A stretch of 19,646 nt of DNA from Zygophlyctis sp. KS116 (taxonomy: Eukaryota > Fungi > Chytridiomycota), in contig BAAFSQ010000187.1 in NCBI GenBank assembly GCA_054661495.1, forward strand, positions 1 through 19,646, given 5' to 3'. Below, in pieces: positions 1 to 9,442 of this stretch. The notes beneath the pieces were generated by a model that was given only the letters and a program-made list of their open reading frames with translations, searched no databases and was not told the DNA's origin. Position 1 is the first letter of the stretch; each line of letters begins with the position of its first letter. Made by a program: the position numbers and the translations under genes.

Positions 1-833
1 GAAATTAATGCCTTGTTAAAGTTGATCAGAAATACTGCTGGGCTAGAAGTATTAATTGAACCAGAAGTAAGCCAGCTAAGAAAACGAGCAGCTTCTCGAC
101 CTAGTTCGTATCCAGAAGTAAAAAAAATCGATTCTGAAGGATCAGGGACTAGATATTGTATATGCCGTGAAATATATACAGCTGATAAACCAATGATTGG
201 CTGTGATCAATGTAGTGAATGGTACCATTGGGAGTGCCTCGGTTTAAGTGCCACAAATGTTGCAGCCATGAGGGACGTAGGATTTATTTGTACAATATGT
301 AGTTCAGAAAGAAAGGAAAATCTCGGAACTGAGTCCTCTAAACCTCTTGCATATTTAGCATCTCACAATAAATGGGATGGTGGATCTTATAGTAAAGATC
401 TGCCTAGTTTGGTAACAATTGATAAAGAAAATGCCCTTGGAAAGGATGAAACACTCAGTGATGACGATTTACCCGTCCAGGTCACAAAGGTAATTTATAA
501 AATATAAGAATTTAACTCTTATAGAAATCCAAAATTTCAAATGGCCCTTTAAATCCCCATAGGGACAAAGAGAACATGCCCTTTACGAGCAAGATGCATG
601 AGGAACAGTTTTTGCTGGATATTTATGATACAGATGATAACCAGCATCTTTTGCCTCCACCACCACTCTCATGGCCTACTGTTCCTATACATACAGATTC
701 AGTAGCATCTTTATCTGCCTCTCAACAACCTCTTAGTGTTAACTATCCTGCCCATTCGTTCTTGTATTCACCTTTTGCGATGAACAATATTCCTCAGGAT
801 TTTTTAAATGAGGAGATGATGGGTTTGGAATAG
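1..833 (+). CDS. 3' part of a PHD-finger chromatin protein (possibly KDM5/JARID1-like); 5' end lies outside the window
   Basis: Frame open from base 1. C4HC3 PHD motif YCIC...MIGCDQCSEWYHWEC...FICTIC. Intron 490-524 (GTAATT...ATAG, 35 nt, phase 0) joins ORF 13..507 in frame (KSKISNGPLNPHRDKEN) to ORF 576..833. The KDM5 assignment is a guess from a C-terminal PHD followed by a disordered tail. Confidence 0.8.
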
Positions 834-876
834 TTGGCGCAATATTTAATTCATAGTAAAATATATTTTTTTGAAT

Positions 877-1155
877 TTACGTTGCATCTTCTCTATCGAT
901 ATCATGATTGAAGTTGTATTTTTCACCAGCCTTTTCTTATTTATAAGTAGGATACCTTTTTGGTTGTGCAACCGAGCGGAGGATTGGATGTTTCATGAGT
1001 CCGAATTTCTAAATTCTGGAATTAAATAGAAAATTTACATCGTCTTCCAGCTCCTTTTCAGCCTTTTCAATTTCCAAGAGCCGTTGGGACATTGTTTTAG
1101 GCTTATACCATATCTGATTAATTTTGATTAGCCCATCTATACTGGACATCCTCAT
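877..1155 (-). CDS. 76-aa APC15 (anaphase-promoting complex subunit 15)-like microprotein, three exons
   Basis: Not in the ORF track. Exons 1155-1039, 1015-956, 930-877; introns 1016-1038 (23 nt, GTAAAT..CCAG) and 931-955 (25 nt, GTATCC..AAAG). Protein MRMSSIDGLIKINQIWYKPKTMSQRLLEIEKAEKELEDDNLEIRTHETSNPPLGCTTKKAGEKYNFNHDIDREDAT. The spacing W-x11-E-I-x3-E-x9-I-x8-PLG matches, without gaps, the LWF...EL...E...I...PIG core of animal ANAPC15 as I recall it. Confidence 0.55.
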
Positions 1156-1359
1156 TTCTTGAAATTTAATTTAAAAGATTAGTCTTCGGACAAAAAATGG
1201 ACTTAAAAATCTCTGGATACTCAATTCATTGAAATGTTTAGGACACAAAAGAGATTATTGATGTATTCAGTTTATTTTAAGAAAATAACTAATCATAGAA
1301 TGGTGTCAGAGATATAGATCGGCTGATTTTATCTTCGAATTGCATTTCAGAGAGCTTTA

Positions 1360-2408
1360 TTAAATAATGATCCAAACTAAAACTATAATCATTAAAGATG
1401 AATGAAAAGCTGCTGCTGATCCATCATTACTATTCACTGGCTCTAATAATTAATGATACAATACTTACTTGTAACGCTATTATTGTTTCTTTCCAACTTA
1501 AGAATTTCCTCAATAACAGAATTTCCATAACTTTCAAAGCCTGCACATTGTGGTACAGTAGTAGAAAAAGTATAGGACGTATTTCTAAGAATATCCAGCA
1601 CTGGAGCAATTTGTTGGGCACTATACGGGAAAAAATCATGCTGCAAAGAAATTGTCCCTTTGCGGGGGAGTTGGGTTTGATTTCTTATCACTCCCGGAAT
1701 GGCAATGCTCGGATCAGTTATATTCCTGTTACCAGGAGTGTAATTTTCATATCTCCAATCATTTGTATCAACATTCCAAGACACGACTTTAAGTCCGAGA
1801 GCCTGAATCACAGCCCGGGAACGAGGATCGATATCTGCGACTAAATTATTAGACTATTCAACTTTATTACATGGGGGGCGGAGATGGGTTGGTATAACAC
1901 CAACAATATCTCGAATAATGGAAGCCGTCCATACTATTTCTGAAACGATTTCAGCGTTTGTTAGCGTGGACAATGGCTTATGCGACCTACTAATGAGACA
2001 ACAAGAAAGTTACCAGGTGTGAATACCTATTGAATGCCCATCATCGTATATTTGTTTTAAAATTTCAGGATACATTGCCACTTGCTGGCCAGTGACATAA
2101 AAGGTAGCCTTAATATTTCGATCTTTAAGTGGCTTAAGAGCGTTATCGACTGTAAAGGGGCCTGGACCATCATCATAAGTTAATGCCCATGTATTTTGAT
2201 CATTGCATGCTGTAATATCAGATGGGGAAGTAATCGGCGGGGTGAAGGGAGCCCTTGGTGGAATGTCAGGAATGTTTGCATCTTTTAAAGCTCTGGATGC
2301 CCAAGAATTGTAGATTGGTGGCACCTTGAATCCTTCTGGCCACACACTGCGATCAAAACAGTGTACATAAGATGTAGAAATTACAGCAAATATGACGATC
2401 GAATTCAT
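1360..2408 (-). CDS. Secreted, probably GPI-anchored chitin deacetylase (CE4/NodB polysaccharide deacetylase), 321 aa
   Basis: Signal peptide MNSIVIFAVISTSYVHC. CE4 motifs TYDDGP, ATFYVTG, HTWSH, LRPPF, WNVDTNDW, ISLQHD. Introns 1987-2013 (27 nt), 1841-1870 (30 nt) and 1443-1468 (26 nt) restore HTWSH and RPPF. The last exon gives a GPI-like tail NSNDGSAAAFHSSLMIIVLVWIII*. Confidence 0.93.
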
Positions 2409-2500
2409 TTAAATTATATCGGGATGACGTTCATCTGACGTGGCCTTGTCGTGATCGTGTCATCATAACTACTGAAATGAATATTCAAAAAACTTCATTT

Positions 2501-3916
2501 TTACTTTGGTACACCAAACAATAATATTCTCAACTTTCCCTCTTCATGAAACATGAATCGCTTTCTAAATTCTAATGCGAGGGCTATCACTTCTTGTCTG
2601 GATGCTGTATTAGGCCCCTTATTTAATAATATATTCATCTTTGATTTCAGTTTCTGATCTTGAATGTCTAAATTTTTGCATGTATCTGGCAGACCATATT
2701 TGTCCTGATACATTCTACAAAGCTTTTGAGCGACTCTTTCACGTCCAGGAATGGCTCTAACAACCAAAATGTAACGATATAAATCATCCTTTGTGGAATT
2801 TTCAGCATCATAAAATGCCCATGTCACCCAACAATACAATTCTAATCGCGCATAATCATACTCTGTTTGATCAGCTTCAACAGACCCAAATAAGCTAGGT
2901 TTACTTTCACCAAGATCAATAAGTTCCATGATATCATCTGGCCTAATGATGACATTTAATGGTCTTATATCACCGTGAATAAGGCCATATTGATCCCTGA
3001 ATCTTTTCCCGAGAGAAAGATATTCATTTAACTTTTTAAAAAGATGTTGACGTGCAGAATTAGACAATCCAATCTCTGATTTAAATTTTCGTACTGTATG
3101 AGATAAATATTCCGCAAAAGTTATTCCAGGAATCATTTTATAAATCATGATTTGGTTTTTAGAATCTGCATGCACCAATCTCTTTGTAATTTTCAAATTT
3201 TCGACTTCTCTTTTAAACGTTTCATTACTATCAGTCCAACCATGTTCATAAAGTACTTTAACAACAACATCATATTTCCCATCACATATTTGTGCTTGAA
3301 ATGAAGATCCACTGACTCCCGAGCCCAAATGTTTTATCAATATGTATACCGTGCCATTGTAAATCAGCTTTACTGGCAGATCAAGCCTGCCTACTGTTAC
3401 TGTTACTGCTACTATTTTAGGCAAAATACTAATACCTTTTGAATTATTAATTATTCTCTGCAACTTGAATCCTGTGACAATTGGAATATCATTTTTCGAA
3501 TCTAATCCATCTTGTACATGAACCAAATGTTTTTGAATTTTTCTAATAATTTCAGACAATTCATGTCCATCTACCCACACTTTAAATTCCTCAATCAATT
3601 GTAAAATATCCTTGATTGAATCCTTTGATAGCGATCCCAATGCCTGTTTTTGCAACAAATCAACAATATTCTTAAAAATAATCTTCAACTGTTCCAAATT
3701 AAAGCCATATCTATATAATTTCTTTGGATGTTTATAAGGATTGTTTAGAATTTCTAAAATTGACCAAACAGATGATTTGATTGGATAAAATCCAAATTGT
3801 GGCACTAGATCAGTTAATGCCGATTGTATAATTGGTAAAACTATTTCTGATTGGTGAGTTGAAAGAGAATAAACGGATGTTACAATGAATAAAGTCAAAA
3901 ATCTACTGATTATCAT
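2501..3916 (-). CDS. Signal-peptide-bearing atypical protein kinase-like protein, 471 aa, single ORF
   Basis: Hydrophobic N-terminus MIISRFLTLFIVTSVYS. Gly loop LGSGVSG, VVVK lysine, alphaC Glu (FKREVENL), catalytic loop IHGDIRPLNV, metal-binding LIDLG; no clear APE motif. Confidence 0.85.
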   Translation of the reverse strand: MIISRFLTLFIVTSVYSLSTHQSEIVLPIIQSALTDLVPQFGFYPIKSSVWSILEILNNPYKHPKKLYRYGFNLEQLKIIFKNIVDLLQKQALGSLSKDSIKDILQLIEEFKVWVDGHELSEIIRKIQKHLVHVQDGLDSKNDIPIVTGFKLQRIINNSKGISILPKIVAVTVTVGRLDLPVKLIYNGTVYILIKHLGSGVSGSSFQAQICDGKYDVVVKVLYEHGWTDSNETFKREVENLKITKRLVHADSKNQIMIYKMIPGITFAEYLSHTVRKFKSEIGLSNSARQHLFKKLNEYLSLGKRFRDQYGLIHGDIRPLNVIIRPDDIMELIDLGESKPSLFGSVEADQTEYDYARLELYCWVTWAFYDAENSTKDDLYRYILVVRAIPGRERVAQKLCRMYQDKYGLPDTCKNLDIQDQKLKSKMNILLNKGPNTASRQEVIALALEFRKRFMFHEEGKLRILLFGVPK

Positions 3917-3974
3917 CCACTAAAATCCCCAAAATCTACAATTCCAGGAAACAAGAAATAGAAAATCCCAAAAA

Positions 3975-3982
3975 ACGCGAAA
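3975..3982. promoter_or_regulatory. ACGCGAAA: SCB/MCB/E2F-like cell-cycle element in the divergent kinase/RTT109 intergenic region
   Basis: Exact ACGCGAAA (reverse complement TTTCGCGT) in an otherwise CpG-free spacer, about 165 bp upstream of the RTT109 ATG. Confidence 0.35.
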
Positions 3983-4146
3983 TATTTCCTTTTTACAATT
4001 GTTCCATTTTCCCAATGAGCAAAGCAGTTAAATTTGTAATATCTAATTATAAATTGTAAGAGTATTTTGTAGTATTTTGTAGTTTAGAGTATGATTTATA
4101 AAAAATATAAAGTTGAATCTAACAGTTGAGTTTAAACCCTAAAAAA

Positions 4147-5148
4147 ATGCTTGAAAGAATTTCACATTTTTTAAAAGAAAAAGGATTTAAAGACTTGGAA
4201 ATTTATAGTATTAATACAAGTCCTTTAGAAAAATCATGGATTTTACCTGATAATATCGGACTATTAACTCTAGAAGCAAGTCTTTTTCTAGTGCATAAAG
4301 GGATTTTTATTTTTGCAGTCACATTTTACTTGTATGATAATAATGTAATTTACATTGAAAAAATCGATTCTTCTGGATACTATAATCTAAAAAATAACTT
4401 GTACAAGTCTGTTATTCAAGCTCTTTTAGAGAATTTTGGAGATAAAACTCTATATTTATTTGCAAGAGCTCAACCACAACTCTTGTTTCCTGAATCTAGT
4501 AAAAATCCCTCCAAATCAATTAAAAAGGTACATTTCAACTTTAAGATTTAGGAGCGTGATCTTGTTAAATGGTGGGCATCAACCTTGTCAGAATCTTGTT
4601 TAAAAGGACATTTTTATGTTCCAGGGGAATCAGAGAAATCTATACAAGATATTTCTAAACTTTTAAACTGTAATTGGAAATTTGGAATTCCATGGGACTC
4701 AAACTTGAATGCAAATCAAGTCATTCCTTCTTTTCCTGATGATGTTAAAGTCAAAGCTTTAAAATTATTAGACTCTTACTCTAGTATAAAAGATTTTGAA
4801 AATATTTTACAAGTGACTGGAGAATGTGGATCTGGAAGATTTTCAGGATTTTTTTCCTGCAAATTAAAAAAATTCAAGAATGAATTGATAGATTTAAAAA
4901 ATATCAGTTACAGTGACTATATTAACCTCTTCAAAACCTTGATGGACTCTGATTTTTCTACTAGAGAATTAGCTTTAAAAAGTAGTCAAAAATTGTTGGA
5001 TTTTCTCTCTAAATCAGGAATTTCCAGTCAATCTCTACCAGTGACAATGACTGGAGAGATTTGTGTAAAACAAGAAAAAAAGCGTGAATCTACTAGTGAA
5101 CCAGTCTTGATTTTATCGTCAAATTTGATAAAGAAGACTAAACGTTAA
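4147..5148 (+). CDS. RTT109: Histone H3K56 acetyltransferase RTT109 (KAT11), 325 aa
   Basis: Motifs YIEKIDSSG, LFARAQPQLLFPES, LVKWW, IPSFPDDVK, GECGSGRFSGFF. Intron 4528-4551 (24 nt, GTACAT..TTAG, phase 0) joins the two ORFs; ATG at 4147. Confidence 0.88.
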
Positions 5149-5185
5149 AACCTTGAATTAGTCCTAAAGGTGTAAAAAAATTTAA

Positions 5186-5778
5186 ATGTCAAACTCAACT
5201 CTAATTCCACTTCATTATGCCTGGGTCTTTTGGTACATGCACAGATCTCCTGGATCAAAAGTCCATGACTATAATTCATCAATCGTTCAAGTCTCTTCCT
5301 CATTTAAATCTATCCAAGACTTTTGGGCAGTGTACGCTCATCTAAAAAGACCATCAGAACTTGCCCATGTGACAGAATATCATCTGTTCAAGTCTGGAAT
5401 TAGACCGATATGGGAAGACGAAGCTAATTTGACTGGAGGAAAATGGATTTTAAGACTAAAAAAAGGTTTAGCGTCTAGATTTTGGGAAGGACTTGTGCTT
5501 GCATTGGTCGGCGATCAATTTGAAGGTTCGATCGGAGATGAAATCACTGGAATTGTGGTTTCTATTCGTCACGGTGAAGATATTATCTCTGTATGGAATA
5601 AAACTGCTACAGATGGAAGAGTAACTATTCGTATTAGGTAATTTAAAATTTCTTAATATTTAGGGATACGATCAAGAAAGTTTTAAATCTTCCTTCTAGT
5701 TGCATTATGGAATATAAAGCTCATAAAGCATCTGTAGAGGATAAAAGTTCTTTTAGAAATACATCTAGTTACATGTAA
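5186..5778 (+). CDS. EIF4E2: Cap-binding eIF4E-family protein, class II (4EHP/eIF4E2-like), 188 aa
   Basis: Motifs WVFWY, FWAVYAHL, YHLFKSGIRPIWEDEAN-GGKW, SRFWE, ISVWN. Intron 5638-5663 (26 nt) adds RDTIKKVLNLPSSCIMEYKAH, typical of the 4EHP C-terminus. Confidence 0.88.
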
Positions 5779-6258
5779 TACTAGTCCTTTAACTCTATTT
5801 TGAGCAAGAGGAAGATCCTACTTAACTTATGCTGATTCTAAACACTAGATAAAGTGAGGGCCAGGTTAAGTCGATGCCTGAATCCATAAAAGCCACGGCT
5901 ACCCAATTACTGTGTTTTATACCACGGAAAAAGCGTGAAAAACTTGCTTCTTATCAGTATGAGTCACGGAAAAATGATTCATAAAATCTCATTGCGCCAA
6001 ACTTGGATCCGAAAATCTCCTGTATTTTTTTTACATTGAAAATTTCGCCAAATGTATCCAGAAATGTTTCAGGGAAAAACAGATAATCCTTTGGCGTCCG
6101 AAAGTCAAGATCGGACATTTGATAAAAATCATCAGGCAGATCTTACTCATTCCGCTCAGTAGCAGAGAAGAAAAGGCGCATAAACATTAACTGCATTGAT
6201 ATTTCTGAATTGGATTAAATATTTGTTTTAAATCTTTTTATCTTGATTTTCTTGTACA

Positions 6259-8199
6259 TTATTTATCAATGTTTGGCTCCTCTTCAAAGCTGAATACAAA
6301 TGTGCTGAGTAAGGCCCAGTCCCAAAAAATAAGAGCATATGCTAATCTCCTCCAAGCAAAATTAATGCCATCTGCTCTCCTATGGAAATAATCAAATAAC
6401 CAATTATCTATCAGGTGAGATGATGGTATTAAATTGACAAATTTATCAGTGTAATAATCTCGTCTATAGTCAATTCTTTGAAGAGAGATATGTTCAAGTG
6501 AAGAGCAAGAGTTGAATACAATAGGATTTAATTGGCGAGGTGCTCCTAATATTTCCATAGTAAGCGATTTTAGAGTTTTAGATTTACAAACACTTTTAGA
6601 GAATTTTATCCAATTTTTACGGCTAAATTGTAAATCTACCAATCCAAGAATAAATAAATCAGTTAAACTTTGAGTCCAGGTTCCCATTCTTGTGAGAGGA
6701 ATATTAATTTTATGCAGAGCTAATTGTCTTAATTTTGGAACCAATTTATCCAAAACTTTCAAGGTAGTAGGAGAAACTGTCCAAAGACTCATAAATCCTT
6801 CAGCAATTTCAGTCGAGGAGCTAAAAAACAATTTAGAAATTATAGGGCATTCTACTGAGAGTGTTTTGAGAATCTTCATAAAATGTTCATCATCATTTAT
6901 AGACCAAACCGCCAATCCTGTGAGTTTCTTGAGGCCTTTTAGATAAGATGCATTTATAGATACGTTTATATCTGTAATGATTGAAAGACTTTTCAAATTC
7001 TTTAATGAAGAAATTGATTTATAAAGCTTATCAAGTCCATTGGTATTAAAAATTTGATAATCAAACGAAAAAGCTTCCAAATTCTTTAGACGCTTCAAAG
7101 ACATTGCCAATAATTCACATTGCGCAAAAGGAGTACAAAATGCCAGTTTTTTTAGATTTTTACCATAAAATAAGTTTGCTTCTAGAGGAGAAAGACTATT
7201 ACTGAAAATGAGCTGAGCCGTAGAGCAAAAAATGAATTCTTCCAATTGATTTTTCGAAATTAGTTGTATTAATTCATCTCCAGACATACTTTCAGCAACA
7301 GTTTCTGTCATAGAAAAGCTATGTAGTAGAGGTATTTCCAAAAGAGTCGAGAAGAGCAAAGTTCTAGAGTTATAAGAAACATGTATATTTTCAAAAGTCA
7401 CATTCTTTAGTCCCACTGCAGATTTTAAGAATGTAGAAAAAACTTGTACAAAATCATCAGACATTGAACAATGTGAAATACTCACATCCTTTACTTGTAA
7501 ACCATTTGCAGCTTTAAATATAGAAAAATGATCTTCAATATTTAATCTTGATTCGAGGCTTGCATTTTCCGTAAAACTTATCCCATTAATTTCCAGTTTA
7601 TCTAATTTTGTATCATTACTCTTTAATGCATAAATTATCTGATCAACATTCCCAAAAGTCTGTATTCCTCTATGATCCAATACCAAAACATTTGCCAAGT
7701 CTGCATATTCCCAATCATGAAGTTTTACTGATTTTAAACGTAAATCAAAACTAGAATTAAAACTAGAATCAAAACTCTCATCCATGACCTCATTTCCACT
7801 AATCTGATGTATTAAGCCAATACATTTATGATTGATTGCATTTGATATTTCCAAATTCGGGTAAAGATATATTGGCTTACAAAATCTTTCAATTTTCATA
7901 ATTGGACTGATAACATTATAAAAAGATTTCGAAACCAATCCCAGTCGCATATAATCCCCAGCTCCCAGATAATCCCCCAAAAGATTTACTATGAGATGGC
8001 TGGAATCAAACGATTCTAGCAGTCTCTTATAATTGTCCTTTCTACCTATTTTCTTGAACCGATTATGAATATTTTTAGGTCTTTAACATTAGCATTATAA
8101 ATCTTACCTTGCGATCAATGCATCTTGTAAACCAATAGCATTGGCAGAATTGAGTAAAATGAAGAAACTCAATAGACCACAAAACAATCGCAAGCACAT
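6259..8199 (-). CDS. Signal peptide + F-box-like motif + RNI-like leucine-rich repeats, 637 aa
   Basis: The frame of ORF 6259..7980 stays open to 8080. Intron 8081-8107 (27 nt, GTAAGA..GCTAAT..AAAG) links it to exon 8199-8108 encoding MCLRLFCGLLSFFILLNSANAIGLQDALIA. F-box-like LIVNLLGDYLGAGDYMRLGLVSKSFY, then many LxxLxL units (LDKLEI, LKNVTF, LKKLAF, LKSLSI, LRQLAL, LEHISL). Confidence 0.78.
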
Positions 8200-8250
8200 A
8201 AAATTTTCTTTGCCGAGGAAATTTTTACTACGAGCGCCAGACACAGACAC

Positions 8251-9115
8251 TTATTCTTTAGAAATTATATTTAGAAATTCCTGTTCTGTAAATCCTAAAA
8301 GCCCTACAGACTCTAAATGCATCTTTTGTCTTTTTAAAACATCAATCAACTGTCCTTGTTTCTTAAATCCAAGTAATAAATCTCCTTTTTGTTTAATTAA
8401 TTTCTGATTTTCCAAGAATAAAACATCAAATCTAGACTTGTACGTATCTTGAGACTCTTTAACTTGACTAGAAGCCTTTGATAATAATATTTTTAATTTT
8501 TCAATTTCATTTAATGCCCTATTTAACCTTGATTCTTTTGAATTTCCATCTGAAATCACATTTTTCTTTTCTCTAGAGAGTAATTCCAATTCTTTAGAGA
8601 GTTCTGAATTTCTAAATTCTAAATCTGTCCTTGCCTTTTTTAAATCCTGTATAAAACTAGTATTTTTTTCCAAATTCAACTTTTGTAAACCAATTGTTTT
8701 ACTAGTTTTTTTTTCCTGATCTTGAAAATTCTTGATTTGTAATTGTAATTCCTTTATAATAAGATCTTTTTCAGAATTTAATCCTAGATAATCATCAATT
8801 TCCTTTTGTAATAGAGTAATTTTAGTTTTTAGAATCTTGATTACAGCTTCCAACCCATTTTTTTCCTTTTTACTAGTCCATTCAGTCTGTAAATCCACGG
8901 TAGTAAGTCCAATAAAAGGACCAATTCCATTCTCTGCAGCACAAGAGACTTTAAAAGGTTTATTAAGAGTTTCCAGGCTCTCTGTGACATCCTTTTCTAC
9001 TTTTAACACAATCTAGAAATATAAAATTTAAAAAAAATACATTTGCACATTCTTTAGAGAGTAGAGAATTTCTTACTCTTAATTCCTGTTCTTTTTGTAA
9101 TAATTCCTTGAGCAT
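8251..9115 (-). CDS. TEX9: TEX9-like coiled-coil centriolar/ciliary protein, 278 aa
   Basis: C-terminal signature GFKKQGQLIDVLKRQKMHLE...FTEQEF and a long coiled coil. Intron 9013-9040 (28 nt, phase 0) joins the first exon MLKELLQKEQELRVRNSLLSKECAN. Confidence 0.8.
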
Positions 9116-9214
9116 TATCACTTAATTCTTTTGGATTGATTTTTGGATAGGAAATTTAAATAGAAAATCACTAGAAAATTAGAAAGAGTAGAGAGTTTAT
9201 TCATAGACACTGTG

Positions 9215-9424
9215 TTACAGTAATTTAGCCATAATACAAACTTTAGCCATCAACATTAAAAACAAATACACTGGCAGTGAAATTAGAAAACAAAAAACTT
9301 TGTATATCCAAGATGATTTTGATGATTTCCTATTAGGAATTATAAATTCTGGATTTGTTTGATTTGGTTCTTGAATAATTGACTGTAGTGTTTTCAAGAG
9401 AATGAATTCATCAGATTTTTCCAT
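9215..9424 (-). CDS. Hypothetical 69-aa protein with a C-terminal hydrophobic segment (tail-anchored-like)
   Basis: ATG in AAAATGG context. Fills the gap between ataxin-3 and TEX9. Polar N-half, then VFCFLISLPVYLFLMLMAKVCIMAKLL. No family recognised. Confidence 0.4.
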   Translation of the reverse strand: MEKSDEFILLKTLQSIIQEPNQTNPEFIIPNRKSSKSSWIYKVFCFLISLPVYLFLMLMAKVCIMAKLL

Positions 9425-9442
9425 TTTCCACTTTATAACCTA

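Noticed and set aside
1398-1844. 148-aa plus-strand ORF and 69-aa alternative-frame ORF
   Set aside because: Antisense or out-of-frame shadows of the chitin deacetylase; no motifs.
4060-4082. Short tandem duplication AGTATTTTGT x2
   Set aside because: Ordinary slippage in AT-rich intergenic DNA.
5779-6258. RNase MRP/P, SECIS, C/D snoRNA, TPP riboswitch or hammerhead ribozyme
   Set aside because: Only fragments (GAAAGTC, CTTACT, TGATGA/CTGA, ATGA..AAA) without the required pairing, spacing or a recognisable guide; no in-frame TGA gene nearby.
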